From NCBI RefSeq assembly GCF_035481375.1, contig NZ_DATIGT010000191.1, positions 260 to 64,259 on the forward strand: DNA of 64,000 bases, written 5' to 3'. This DNA comes from Tahibacter sp. (GTDB lineage: Bacteria > Pseudomonadota > Gammaproteobacteria > Xanthomonadales > Rhodanobacteraceae). The notes under the pieces are model-generated. The model ran no database searches and was not told the DNA's origin. It saw nothing but the letters and a program-made list of their open reading frames with translations. Position numbers and translations under genes: made by a program. Below are positions 43,124-52,923 of the stretch, in pieces (within the stretch, counting starts at the first letter, position 1; the number at the start of each line of letters is the position of its first letter).

Positions 43124-44533
43124 ATGAATATGTCGCCGTCGGCCGGACTGGACGCCATGCGCGTCCGTGCGGCGAGTACCTGCCAGACCCTGCATTGGCT
43201 CGCCGCCGGACGCATCGATGCGATCACGTTGACCGAGCATTACCTCGCCGCGATCGACGCGGTGAATCCGCAGCTCAACGCGTACATCGGCCTGCGGCCC
43301 GACGTCACGCGCGCGCAGGCCCAGGCCAGTGCGCAACGCCGCGCGGGCGGCGGCGTGCTCGGCCGGCTCGACGGGATTCCGGTCGCGATCAAGGACAACA
43401 TCGACATCGCCGGCTGGGCGACGACCGCGGGCCTGCCGGCGCGGCGCGAGCGAATCGCTGCCGCCGATGCGGCCGTCGTCGCCCGGCTGATCGGCGCCGG
43501 CGCGGTGATTCTCGGCAAGACCAATCTCGACGAGGGCGTGCTGGGTGCGTCGACCAACAATCCGCACTACGGCGCGACGCGCAATCCGTGGCAGCCCGAC
43601 TACGGCGCCGGCGGTTCGTCGGGCGGCGCGGCGGCTGCGGTCGCCGCGGGCCTCTGCGTGGCGGCGGTCGGTTCGGACAGCCTGGGTTCCGTCCGCATTC
43701 CGGCCAGCCATTGCGGCGTGTTCGCGCTGAAGCCGACGCACGGCGAAATCTCGGCGCGCGGCCTCGTGCCGGCGGCGCGGCGCCTCGACGCGATCGGTCT
43801 GATCGCGCGCAGCGTCGACGATCTCACGGTGCTGCTGCAGGTGCTGGCCGGCTACGACGCCGAAGACCCGCGCTCGCGCAAACGCCGCGTCGCGTTCGCG
43901 CTGCCGGACTGGGAGCCGGGCCGGCTGCGCTGCGGTATTCCGCGCGATCTCGCCGGTCTCGGCGCGACGCCGGTCGTGCTGGCCGCGTTCGAGCAGGCGA
44001 TCGCAAGCCTGTGTCACGAACTCGGCGAGCGGCGCGAGATCGATTTTTCCGACTATCCGCTTGCCCGCGCGCGCCGCGCCGGGCTGCTGCTGATGGAAGC
44101 GGAAATGCGCCAGACCTTCGCCGAGGATCTGGCCGACACGCAGCATCCGCTGTCGCCGGCGTTCCGCGGCATGCTCGATTTCGCCGCGGCGAAATCCGCG
44201 AGCGATTACGTGGCCGCCGACCGCATGCTCGATGCGTCCGTGCTCAAGGCGCGCCGCATATTCGCCGAGGTCGATGTGCTCGTGCTGCCGACGACGCCCG
44301 GCGCCGCGGCGCGCCTGGACGAACCCGAACCGGCCGAGCAGGCGCAGTTCACGAGTTTCGCAAGTCTCGCGGGCTGCCCGGCGCTCAGCATTCCGATGGG
44401 CCGCACGCAGGAAGGCCTGCCGCTCGGCCTGCAGTTCGTCGGCCCGCCGGGCTCGGACCTGCGCCTGCTGGAACTCGCCGAGGTCTGCGCGGCGGCGCTG
44501 GATGCGGCGCCGGAATATCCGAGTCAGAAATGA
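43124..44533 (+). CDS. Amidase-signature family amidase
   Basis: RBS AGGGAGG 5 nt upstream of ATG 43124 (inside the long ORF 41435..44533). IPVAIKDNIDIAG, GGSSGGAAAAVAAG, GSDSLGSVRIPAS. Confidence 0.9.
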   Translation: MNMSPSAGLDAMRVRAASTCQTLHWLAAGRIDAITLTEHYLAAIDAVNPQLNAYIGLRPDVTRAQAQASAQRRAGGGVLGRLDGIPVAIKDNIDIAGWATTAGLPARRERIAAADAAVVARLIGAGAVILGKTNLDEGVLGASTNNPHYGATRNPWQPDYGAGGSSGGAAAAVAAGLCVAAVGSDSLGSVRIPASHCGVFALKPTHGEISARGLVPAARRLDAIGLIARSVDDLTVLLQVLAGYDAEDPRSRKRRVAFALPDWEPGRLRCGIPRDLAGLGATPVVLAAFEQAIASLCHELGERREIDFSDYPLARARRAGLLLMEAEMRQTFAEDLADTQHPLSPAFRGMLDFAAAKSASDYVAADRMLDASVLKARRIFAEVDVLVLPTTPGAAARLDEPEPAEQAQFTSFASLAGCPALSIPMGRTQEGLPLGLQFVGPPGSDLRLLELAEVCAAALDAAPEYPSQK

Positions 44534-44610
44534 GGAACGAGAAGTGAGCAACGAGTAACCGCCGGCGGGAGCCCGCCCAGCCTTCACTCATTTCTCACTC
44601 ATCGAGACTC
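44521..44610. repeat. Second copy of the purine-arm hairpin repeat family
   Basis: It contains TGAGGAACGAG and GTGAGCAACGAGT on the left and ACTCATTTCTCACTCATCGAGACTC on the right, around an inner GGCGGG/CCCGCC hairpin. AGAAATGAG (44526-44534) is the exact complement of CTCATTTCT (44587-44595). Confidence 0.5.
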
Positions 44611-44620
44611 TTTCCTCGCC

Positions 44621-45820
44621 ATGCTCTCCGGCCTCCGCGTCCTCGACCTCTCCCGCATCCTCGCCGGCCCGTGGTGTACGCAGCTGCTGGCCGACTACGG
44701 CGCCGACGTCGTCAAGATCGAGAAGCCCGCGGGCGGCGACGATACGCGCCGCTGGGGGCCGCCGTTCCTCGATGCGGCCGACGGTGACACGGTTGCGGCA
44801 TATTTCCTTTGTTGCAATCGCGGCAAACGATCGCTTGCGCTCGATTTCACGACGGCGGAAGGCCAGGACGTCGTGCGGCGGCTCGCGGCGATCAGCGACG
44901 TGCTCGTCGAAAACTATCTGCCGGGCACGCTCGCGCGCTACGGGCTCGACTACGCGAGTCTGTCGGCGCTGAATCCTCGGCTCGTCTATTGCTCGATCAC
45001 GGGGTTCGGCCAGGACGGGCCGAACGCGCATCGCGCGGGCTATGACGCGATGATCCAGGCCGAAGCCGGACTCATGTCGCTGACCGGCGCGGAAGACGGC
45101 GGGCCGATGAAGGTCGGCATCGCCGTCAGCGACATCATGTGCGGCATGTACGCGGCGACGGCGATTCTCGCAGCGCTGCACGAGCGTGCGCGTACCGACC
45201 GAGGCAGCCGGCTCGATCTCGCGCTGTTCGACTGCCAGGTCGGCTGGCTCGCGAACCAGGGCATGAACTACCTCGTCGGCGGCGAGGCGCCGGCGCGCCA
45301 CGGCACGGCGCATCCGAACATCGCGCCGTATCAGGCATTCGCGACGGCCGACGGCCATCTGATGCTCGCGGTCGGCAACGACGATCAGTTCCGCCGCTTC
45401 TGCGCCGCAGTTGGGCTCGACGCGCTCGCCGCCGATCCGCGCTTCGCGACGAATGCGGGTCGCGTCGCCGCGCGCGATGCGCTGGTCGCGGCGATCGCCG
45501 CACGCCTTGCGCAGCACGCGACGCAGGACTGGCTGCGGCGCTTCGACGAAGCCGGTGTCCCGGCCGGGCCGGTCAACGATCTGGCCCAGGTGTTCGCGCA
45601 CTCGCAGGTCGCCGCGCGCGGCCTGCGCGCCGAACAGATCCACGACCGCTGGGGCCCGCTGCCGCAGGTGGCGAACCCGCTGCGGCGCGACGCACACCCG
45701 CAGCTCGCGCCGCGGCCGCCGCCGGCGCTGGGCCAGCATTCCGACGAGGTGCTGGCTGAACTCGGCGTCGACGCCGACGCGCGCGCGGCCTTGCGTGCGC
45801 GCGGCGTCACCGGCGCGTGA
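44621..45820 (+). CDS. CaiB/BaiF family III CoA-transferase
   Basis: MLSGLRVLDLSRILAGPWCTQLLADYGADVVKIE...NYLPGTLARYGLDY. Confidence 0.9.
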   Translation: MLSGLRVLDLSRILAGPWCTQLLADYGADVVKIEKPAGGDDTRRWGPPFLDAADGDTVAAYFLCCNRGKRSLALDFTTAEGQDVVRRLAAISDVLVENYLPGTLARYGLDYASLSALNPRLVYCSITGFGQDGPNAHRAGYDAMIQAEAGLMSLTGAEDGGPMKVGIAVSDIMCGMYAATAILAALHERARTDRGSRLDLALFDCQVGWLANQGMNYLVGGEAPARHGTAHPNIAPYQAFATADGHLMLAVGNDDQFRRFCAAVGLDALAADPRFATNAGRVAARDALVAAIAARLAQHATQDWLRRFDEAGVPAGPVNDLAQVFAHSQVAARGLRAEQIHDRWGPLPQVANPLRRDAHPQLAPRPPPALGQHSDEVLAELGVDADARAALRARGVTGA

Positions 45821-46434
45821 CCGCGGGCCCGGTCGGAACGCTCCTCGCGGCGCCGCAGTGGCAGCCGCTGCCGGCGTTGCCGGGCGCGACGCTGCACTTT
45901 GCGACCGGTCTGTTCGCCGATCCCGCCGCGCTGTTCGCGCGACTGCGTGCCGAGATCGCCTGGGAGCAGCACCACCTGCAGATCTTCGGCCGGCGCGTCG
46001 CGTCGCCGCGGCTGTCGTGCTGGGTCGGCGATGCGGGCGCGGTCTACACCTATTCGGGCACGCGCTTCGCGCCGCATCCGTGGACGCCGGTACTTTCCCG
46101 ACTGCGCAGCGAACTCGAAACGCTCTGCGCGCAGCCGTTCAACAGCGTGCTCTGCAATCTCTACCGCGACGGCCGCGACAGCATGGGCTGGCACAGCGAC
46201 GACGAACGCGAACTCGGACCCGAGCCGACGATCGCATCGCTGAGCTTCGGTGCGACGCGGCGTTTCCGGCTGCGGCACAAGCGCGATCCGGCGTCGATGC
46301 TCGATCTGCCGCTGCCGTCGGGCAGCCTGCTGCTCATGGCCGGCGCGACCCAGCGCAACTATCGGCACGACCTGCCGCGCGCGTTGCGCGTGGTCGAGCC
46401 GCGAATCAACCTGACGTTCCGGCAGATCGGCTGA
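45817..46434 (+). CDS. alkB: AlkB-like Fe(II)/2-oxoglutarate-dependent dioxygenase
   Basis: GTGA overlap with the CoA-transferase stop. NLYRDGRDSMGWHSDDE (HxD), LLLMAGATQRNYRHDLP, RINLTFRQI. Confidence 0.8.
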   Translation: MTAGPVGTLLAAPQWQPLPALPGATLHFATGLFADPAALFARLRAEIAWEQHHLQIFGRRVASPRLSCWVGDAGAVYTYSGTRFAPHPWTPVLSRLRSELETLCAQPFNSVLCNLYRDGRDSMGWHSDDERELGPEPTIASLSFGATRRFRLRHKRDPASMLDLPLPSGSLLLMAGATQRNYRHDLPRALRVVEPRINLTFRQIG

Positions 46435-46439
46435 CGGAC

Positions 46440-47318
46440 TCAGGCGAGCAGCATGCAGGCCACGCCCGATATCGTCAGCGCGACGCCGAGCAGCTTGCGA
46501 CGGGTCAGCGCTTCGTGCAGGAAGATCGCGGCGAGGATCACGATGAAGATCGACGTGGTCTCGTTGAGGATCGCCGCGACCGAGGCGCTCGTATATTTGT
46601 ATCCGCCGAGCCAGAACAGCATTGACAGGTACTGGCCGACGAACGCGCCGAGCAGTACCACCGGCCAGCGGATGCGCGCGCGTTCTTCGGCGCGCGGCCA
46701 CGGCGCTTCGCGGCGCAGCGCGAACAGCAGCAACAGCCCGCCGACACCGCCGGCCATGCGCAGCGCGACCATCCAGATCAACGGCTGGGTCTCGAGCACG
46801 CGCTTGACCAGCACGATCGCGAGCGCCATCAGCGCGATCGATCCGATGCCGAGCAGCAGGCCGCGGCGCAGTTCGCGGCGCTGCGCCGGTTCGGTCGCGG
46901 TGCGCCCGCCGACGACGAGCACGCCGCTCGTGACGAGCACGAAGCCGGCCATCTGCAGCGGCTGCAGCCGCTCGCCGAGGAACACGAACGACAGCAGGAT
47001 CACGAACGGGCTGTAGAAATTGCCGAGGATGCCCATGCGCGCGGCGCCGAGGCGGTTCAGCGCGGTCAGGTACAGGCTGTCGGCGAGGGCGATGCCGATC
47101 ATGCCCGACAGCAGCGTGATCGCGAGGTCGGCGGCGCCCAGTTGCGGCGGCGGGCCGCCGATCAGCGCGAGGCTCGGCAGCAGGAAGCCGAGCACGATCA
47201 GATTTTTCATGAGGTTCAGGCGCGTCGGCGCGATCGTTTCGCCGAGCCGTTTGTAGATAATCACGCCGGCCGACCAGGCCAATGCACTCAAGATCGCCAG
47301 CGCTTCGCCCAGACCCAT
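46440..47318 (-). CDS. EamA/DMT-family transporter
   Basis: 10-TM pattern with two EamA halves: MGLGEALAILSALAWSAGVIIYKRLGE... and ...LFWLGGYKYTSASVAAILNETTSIF. Confidence 0.88.
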   Translation of the reverse strand: MGLGEALAILSALAWSAGVIIYKRLGETIAPTRLNLMKNLIVLGFLLPSLALIGGPPPQLGAADLAITLLSGMIGIALADSLYLTALNRLGAARMGILGNFYSPFVILLSFVFLGERLQPLQMAGFVLVTSGVLVVGGRTATEPAQRRELRRGLLLGIGSIALMALAIVLVKRVLETQPLIWMVALRMAGGVGGLLLLFALRREAPWPRAEERARIRWPVVLLGAFVGQYLSMLFWLGGYKYTSASVAAILNETTSIFIVILAAIFLHEALTRRKLLGVALTISGVACMLLA

Positions 47319-47375
47319 GTCCCTACGTCCCGCCTTCCTCTACGACCAAGCGGTCGATTATCGCCGAGCCGCCGC

Positions 47376-48614
47376 ATGAACGACCGAACCGCGTCGCTGA
47401 AGGATCGCGTCGGCTTCGTCATCGCGCTCGCGCGGCGCCTGCACGAATACGGCACGGCGGCGCCGCGTCTGGAAGAGGCGATCGGCAAGGTCAGCGCGCG
47501 GCTGGGGCTCGTCTGCGACGTGCTGTCGACGCCGACGTCGATCGTGCTGTCCTTCGCCGAACAGAGCCGCGAACTCGACGCGGTCGCGGACATCACGCAG
47601 GTGATCCGGCTCGCGCCCGGCCAGGTCAATCTGCGCCGGCTCTGCACCGTCGACGAGATCGCCGACCGCGTCATCGACGGCAGCCTCGATCTGCAGGCCG
47701 GCTACCGCCAGTTGCTGGAACTCGGCCGCCCACCGAGCCGGCGCACGCGCTGGCTGACCGTGCTGAGTTTCGGCACGGCCTCGGCCAGCGTCGCGACGTT
47801 GCTGCGCGCGTCGTGGATGGACCTGCTCGTCGTCGCGCTGCTGGGCTGGCTGATCGGCCTGCTCGCGCTCGGCGCCGAGCGGCGGCCGCGGCTGTCGAAC
47901 AGCTTCGAGGCCGTGTCGGCGCTGCTGGTGACGACGATCGCGACGCTGTTCAGCGCCTACGTCGCGCCGCTGACGCTCAACGCGGTCGTGCTCGCGAGCC
48001 TCATCGTGCTGCTGCCGGGCATGACGCTGACGACCGCGGTGCGCGAGCTGTCGAGCCAGCATCTCGTGTCGGGCGTCGCGCGCATGGCCGGCGCGACCGC
48101 CACGTTGCTGAAGCTGACGTTCGGTGCCGTCGCCGCGACCCAGCTCTGCCGCGTGATCGGCGTGGTGCCGCCGAGCGAAGTGCTGCCGGCCGTGCCGCTC
48201 TGGGTCGAATGGCTGGGGCTCGGCGCGGGGGCGCTGTCGTTCGCCGTGCTGTTTCGCAGCGCACCGCGCGACGGCTTCATCGTGGTCGGATCGGTCATGT
48301 TCGGCTATGCGCTGACGCGGCTCGGCGGTGCGCAGTTCGGTCCGGAATTCGGCGTGTTCATTGCCGGGCTCGGCGTCGGCGCGGTCAGCAATCTCTACGC
48401 GACCTGGTACCAGCGTCCGGGTGCCGTGATCCGCGAGCCCGGCATCATTCTGCTCGTGCCGGGCAGCGTCGGCTTCAAGAGCCTGTCGTTCGTGTTCGAG
48501 CGCGATGTGTTCCTCGGCGTGGACACGGCGTTCTCGCTGATCACGATCCTGGTGTCGCTGGTGGCGGGACTGCTGTTCGGCGATCTGCTCGTGCCGCCGC
48601 GGCGCAGTCTCTGA
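47376..48614 (+). CDS. Threonine/serine exporter family protein (fused ThrE DUF1212 + DUF3815)
   Basis: I start at MNDRTASLKDRVGFVIALARRLHEYGTAAPRLEEAI (ATG 47376, in frame with ORF 47142). LLPGMTLTTAVRELSSQHLVSG and ILLVPGSVGFKS. Confidence 0.8.
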   Translation: MNDRTASLKDRVGFVIALARRLHEYGTAAPRLEEAIGKVSARLGLVCDVLSTPTSIVLSFAEQSRELDAVADITQVIRLAPGQVNLRRLCTVDEIADRVIDGSLDLQAGYRQLLELGRPPSRRTRWLTVLSFGTASASVATLLRASWMDLLVVALLGWLIGLLALGAERRPRLSNSFEAVSALLVTTIATLFSAYVAPLTLNAVVLASLIVLLPGMTLTTAVRELSSQHLVSGVARMAGATATLLKLTFGAVAATQLCRVIGVVPPSEVLPAVPLWVEWLGLGAGALSFAVLFRSAPRDGFIVVGSVMFGYALTRLGGAQFGPEFGVFIAGLGVGAVSNLYATWYQRPGAVIREPGIILLVPGSVGFKSLSFVFERDVFLGVDTAFSLITILVSLVAGLLFGDLLVPPRRSL

Positions 48615-48620
48615 ACCGGA

Positions 48621-48935
48621 TCAGCGGATCAGCAGGTCTTCTTCGAGCAGGCCGGTCGACAGCGCCGCGCTGAACCAGCGCGGCTGCTTGCCGCGGCCGC
48701 TCCAGGTCTCGCCCGGCGCCAGAGGATTGCGGTATTTCGGCTTCACCGTGCGCTTGCGCGCCGGAAACTGGCCGAACAGTTCTTCGATGGTGAAGCCTTC
48801 CTTGCGCGCGATCGCGACGAGGCGCGCGCGGACTTCGGCGGCGTGCTCGCGCTGCATTTCCTGCTGGCGCTGGTTCGCCTGCGCGATCAGGTCCGCCAGC
48901 TGCTGGGAGGTCAGAGAATCCAGGTCGATGGCCAT
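48621..48935 (-). CDS. H-NS-family nucleoid-associated protein (104 aa)
   Basis: I start at Met57 of ORF 48621..49103 (MAIDLDSLTSQQLADLIAQANQRQQE, coiled coil). The C-terminal DNA-binding motif is YRNPLAPGETWSGRGKQPRW. Confidence 0.85.
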   Translation of the reverse strand: MAIDLDSLTSQQLADLIAQANQRQQEMQREHAAEVRARLVAIARKEGFTIEELFGQFPARKRTVKPKYRNPLAPGETWSGRGKQPRWFSAALSTGLLEEDLLIR

Positions 48936-49197
48936 GGCGATCCTTGTGCCGGTCTCGTCGGGACGAACGCGCCCGCTCTCCGGACGGCAGGAGAGGACGC
49001 GTTCGTCGTATGTGGGTCCCTGAAACGCGATTTTGTGCCAAAACGGATTAGTAGCGCAAAATATGCGAGCCGCGCCCGACGCTTGGCGCGGACCCCATGG
49101 CACGGCATACCCGCTGCCCTAAATGGCCGGTCCGGGATACTATGGGCGTTGTCGCGGGAAGGGTGGGGCTGGATTCTTTACGTCTCAGGGGTGAGCA

Positions 49198-50061
49198 GTG
49201 GGTCTGCTGGACGATCTCGAACAGGAAGCGCAGCGGCGCAAGGCGGGCGCCGACGACCAGGATCGCGCGAAACAGGAGCGCGAGGCCGCCTATCGCACGC
49301 AGCTCGAACCGGGCATGACGGCGCTCTACGAATACCTCTCCAAGCTCACCCAGAACCTGAGCTTCATCAAGCCCAAAAAATCGTTTCGCTACGCGATCGC
49401 CGGCTACGGCGACCTCGTGCTGCAGGTCGAGCACGAATACGACCTGAAGATCCAGAGCCAGCCCGCTTCCAAGGAAATCCGCGTCTCGTTCCCGTGCCCG
49501 ATCGTCACGGACGAATGCCCGGTCGTCGAAGTCCTCGGCACGACCAAGGTCAAGACCGTCGCCGGCACGTTCCAGCGTTTCCATATCGGCGGCGTGACGA
49601 TCACGAAGAAGGACGCCAACGGCGAGGTGCTCGCCGCCTCGGTCCGGGCGCGGGGACGCATCGCGCTCGCCGCGCTCTTCGCCGCCGATGCGGATTCCGG
49701 CGTCGTGCGCATGCAGTTCAACAATTTCGACCAGATCGGCGGACAGCAGACCAAGACCGTCACGGCCGAGCAGTTCAACGAGGCGCTGTACGACGAGATC
49801 GGCCGCTACATCGCGCGCGAGCCGAACAACCTGTTCCGCGAAGCGCTGCCCGACGACTACCGCAAGCAGCTGCGGACCAAGGTCCAGCAGGAAGAGATGA
49901 AGCGCCGCTGGGAGTCGCAGATGGCGCAGCGCCAGCGCGACGAACTGGCCGAGATGGAGCGCCAGCAGGGGCTCGCCGGCAAGCTCACGAAGGTCGTCGA
50001 CCAGGTCAAGTCGGGTTCGCTGTTCGACAAGCTGCGCGGGCTCGTCAAGAAAGACAAGTGA
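49198..50061 (+). CDS. Hypothetical protein (287 aa) with charged coiled-coil-like termini
   Basis: GTG start. High GC3. No domain recognised. Confidence 0.6.
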   Translation: MGLLDDLEQEAQRRKAGADDQDRAKQEREAAYRTQLEPGMTALYEYLSKLTQNLSFIKPKKSFRYAIAGYGDLVLQVEHEYDLKIQSQPASKEIRVSFPCPIVTDECPVVEVLGTTKVKTVAGTFQRFHIGGVTITKKDANGEVLAASVRARGRIALAALFAADADSGVVRMQFNNFDQIGGQQTKTVTAEQFNEALYDEIGRYIAREPNNLFREALPDDYRKQLRTKVQQEEMKRRWESQMAQRQRDELAEMERQQGLAGKLTKVVDQVKSGSLFDKLRGLVKKDK

Positions 50062-50074
50062 TCCGCAGGCGCCC

Positions 50075-50103
50075 GCGGCCCGGCACCGCACGTGCCGGGC
50101 CGC
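50075..50103 (+). terminator. 12-bp perfect-stem hairpin downstream of the hypothetical gene
   Basis: GCGGCCCGGCAC-CGCAC-GTGCCGGGCCGC read directly. No U-tract. Confidence 0.4.
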
Positions 50104-50170
50104 TCGCCGAGTCACCACGCCAGGCCCGAAGCGCATAGAATCACGGACTTTTCCGCCTCCGTCCGTCGCC

Positions 50171-51871
50171 ATGCGCCTGAGCAAGTTTCATCTCGCCACC
50201 GTCAAGGAAGTCCCCGCCGACGCCGAAATCGTCAGCCACAAGCTGATGCTGCGCGCCGGCATGATCCGCAAGCTCGCGGCCGGCCTCTATACCTGGTCCC
50301 CGCTCGGCCTGCGCGTGCTGCGCAAGGTCGAGGCCGTCGTCCGCGAGGAAATGAACCGCGCCGGCGCGATCGAAGTGCTGATGCCGGCCGTGCAGCCGCG
50401 CGAGCTCTGGGAAGAAACCGGCCGTTGGGAGCGCTTCGGCGGCCAGCTGCTGAAGCTCAAGGACCGCAAGGAAGCCGAGTACTGCTTCGGTCCGACGCAC
50501 GAGGAAGTCGTCACCGACTTTGCGCGCGCGGAACTCCACAGCTACAAGCAGCTGCCGCTGAATTTCTATCAGATCCAGACCAAGTTCCGCGACGAGATCC
50601 GGCCGCGCTTCGGTGTGATGCGCGCGCGCGAATTCCTCATGAAGGACGCGTATTCGTTCCATCTGAGCAGCGAATGCCTGGAGCGCGAATACTGGAACAT
50701 GTACGAGACTTACGGCCGCATCTTCACGCGGCTGGGCCTGCGGTTCCGCGCCGTGCAGGCCGATGCCGGCGCGATCGGCGGCAGCGTCACGCATGAATTC
50801 CACGTGCTCGCCGAATCCGGCGAGGACGCGATCGCGTTCAGCGATGCCTCCGACTACGCGGCGAACGTCGAGATGGCCGAGGCGCTCGCACCGGCGCAGG
50901 CACGTCCGGCGCCGGCCGCGACGCTGGAACGCGTCGACACGCCGACGCAGAAGACCATCGACGATGTTTCCGCATTCCTCGGCGTCACGCCGCAGAACTG
51001 CGTCAAGACGATACTCGTGCGCGGCACCGACGGACTCGTCGCGCTCTGCGTGCGCGGCGATCACGAGATCAACGAGGTCAAGGCGTCCAAGCTCGCCGAA
51101 CTGCCCGGCGAATCGGTGCTCGCCGACGAAGCCGAGATCGTCAAGGCGCTGGGCTGCAAGCCCGGCTTCATCGGCCCGGCCGGACTGCCCGAGTCGATTC
51201 CCGTCATCGTCGATCGCAGCGCCGCGGTGCTGGCCGACTTCGTCTGCGGCGGCAACGCCGACGGCACGCACTACCGCGGCGCGAACTGGGAGCGCGACGC
51301 GCGCATCACGCGCGTGGAAGACCTGCGCAAGGTCGTCGACGGCGATCGGTCGCCCGACGGCAAGGGCCAGATTCGCATCGGCCGCGGCATCGAGGTCGGT
51401 CACGTGTTCCAGCTCGGCACGAAGTACGCCGAAGCGCTGAAGGCCACGGTCGTCGATCAGGACGGCAAGAGCCGGCCGATGACCATGGGCTGCTACGGCA
51501 TCGGCGTCAGCCGCATCGTCGCGGCGGCGATCGAGCAGAACTTCGACGCCAACGGCATCGTCTGGCCCGAGCCGATGGCGCCGTGGCGCGCGGCCGTCTG
51601 CCTGCTCAATCCGAGAAATGACGCGACGGTGACTGCGACGGCCGACGCGCTGTATGCGGAGCTCCAGGCGCGCGGCGTCGAGGTCGTGCTCGACGATCGC
51701 GGGCTGCGTCCGGGCGGCATGTTCGCCGACATGGAACTCATCGGCATCCCGCATCGCGTCGTCGTCAGCGAGCGCGGCGTGGCCGCCGGCACGTTCGAAT
51801 ATCGCGCGCGCCGGGATACCGAAAACCGTCAGCTCAGCCGCGACGAAGTGCTGGCGCTGTTCGAAAACTGA
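50171..51871 (+). CDS. proS: Proline--tRNA ligase
   Basis: [42 protein letters not shown]... plus class II motifs ([26 protein letters not shown]) and an editing-domain insertion. Confidence 0.95.
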   Translation: MRLSKFHLATVKEVPADAEIVSHKLMLRAGMIRKLAAGLYTWSPLGLRVLRKVEAVVREEMNRAGAIEVLMPAVQPRELWEETGRWERFGGQLLKLKDRKEAEYCFGPTHEEVVTDFARAELHSYKQLPLNFYQIQTKFRDEIRPRFGVMRAREFLMKDAYSFHLSSECLEREYWNMYETYGRIFTRLGLRFRAVQADAGAIGGSVTHEFHVLAESGEDAIAFSDASDYAANVEMAEALAPAQARPAPAATLERVDTPTQKTIDDVSAFLGVTPQNCVKTILVRGTDGLVALCVRGDHEINEVKASKLAELPGESVLADEAEIVKALGCKPGFIGPAGLPESIPVIVDRSAAVLADFVCGGNADGTHYRGANWERDARITRVEDLRKVVDGDRSPDGKGQIRIGRGIEVGHVFQLGTKYAEALKATVVDQDGKSRPMTMGCYGIGVSRIVAAAIEQNFDANGIVWPEPMAPWRAAVCLLNPRNDATVTATADALYAELQARGVEVVLDDRGLRPGGMFADMELIGIPHRVVVSERGVAAGTFEYRARRDTENRQLSRDEVLALFEN

Positions 51872-51876
51872 GCCGC

Positions 51877-51910
51877 CCGCAACGCGGACGCCGAGGCGTC
51901 CGCGTTGCGG
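51877..51910. terminator. Perfect 16-bp inverted repeat between convergent proS and the DUF4124 gene
   Basis: CCGCAACGCGGACGCC-GA-GGCGTCCGCGTTGCGG read directly. A T6 run follows 12 nt downstream on the plus strand. Confidence 0.6.
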
Positions 51911-51913
51911 CAA

Positions 51914-52240
51914 CTAAGGCTGTTTTTTCGCAGGATCGGGCGGTATCGGCCGGTTGGCCGCGTCATCGGGCGTGCCCGGACGACGATAGGCCGGAACGAC
52001 GTTCGTGTTCGGGTCGTAGCGGACCGTTTCGTAGGCCCGGTCTTTCGGCGGCACGTCGGTCACGTTGAGACGGCCGCTCGCGTCGCGCCACTTGTAGAGC
52101 GTCGGCGCGGTCGTCTGCATGTTCGGCGAGACCGGGGCCGCATGACGCAGCGCGGTCGGCAAGGTTTCGGGTGCGAAATACCACCAGGCCGCCGCGGCGG
52201 CCGCGAGCAGGGCGAGCGACCATCCGATCACGCGCCCCAT
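51914..52240 (-). CDS. DUF4124 domain protein (membrane-anchored)
   Basis: N-terminal hydrophobic segment. The motif LYKWRDASGRLNVTDVPP is typical of DUF4124. Confidence 0.75.
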   Translation of the reverse strand: MGRVIGWSLALLAAAAAAWWYFAPETLPTALRHAAPVSPNMQTTAPTLYKWRDASGRLNVTDVPPKDRAYETVRYDPNTNVVPAYRRPGTPDDAANRPIPPDPAKKQP

Positions 52241-52247
52241 TGCCGGA

Positions 52248-52679
52248 CTACTGCTGCGCCTTCGGGCAGAGCGAGTCGACCGTCGCCCGCGCGATGTTCA
52301 GTTCGGCCGAGCGTTCCTCAGGGGTCATGTCGACGGTCTTGCCGTCGCGCTGGACCTGCAGCTGCAGCGAGCTCGCCAGCAGTTCGACGCGCTTCTGCGC
52401 GTTCGCGCAGCGTGCGGCCGAGCTGTTGTCGGGCTGGGCGGGCTTGTTCGCCGCATTCGGATCGGCGGCGGCGGGTGCCGCGGCGGCTTCGGTCTGCGTG
52501 ATCGCCGCGCTCTGGTTGACGATCCTGACGTTGTCGAATTCGGTTCCCTTCGGCGGCGGCGCATCCGAGAAATGGACGATGCCGTTGGCGTCCTTCCACT
52601 TATATACTTTGTCTGCGGAATGGCCGGCAGTCGCGGCAACTGCTGCGAGCAGGCCGAAGGCGACTTGGATGGCTTTCAT
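52248..52679 (-). CDS. DUF4124 domain protein (exported)
   Basis: Signal MKAIQVAFGLLAAVAATAGHSA, then VYKWKDANGIVHFSDAPP. Confidence 0.8.
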   Translation of the reverse strand: MKAIQVAFGLLAAVAATAGHSADKVYKWKDANGIVHFSDAPPPKGTEFDNVRIVNQSAAITQTEAAAAPAAADPNAANKPAQPDNSSAARCANAQKRVELLASSLQLQVQRDGKTVDMTPEERSAELNIARATVDSLCPKAQQ

Positions 52680-52923
52680 AGGGTGCTCCGTGGTCGCGCG
52701 GCGAGGCCGCGCGGGTCGATCGTGCCGTATTGGATAGCACTGTTACCCACACGATACAAGCGCTTGCGCCGCGGTACTGTGCGGCGCTACAGAAAATTTC
52801 CGCAAATCGTTGGCGGCGCTGCCAATCGACGGCGTACGACGCGGCGCAGCATTCCGCGGCGCCAGGACTTGGCGGCAGCGCGGCGATCCCGCAAGCTTTC
52901 GCAATCCCGAATGAGACCTGGGC

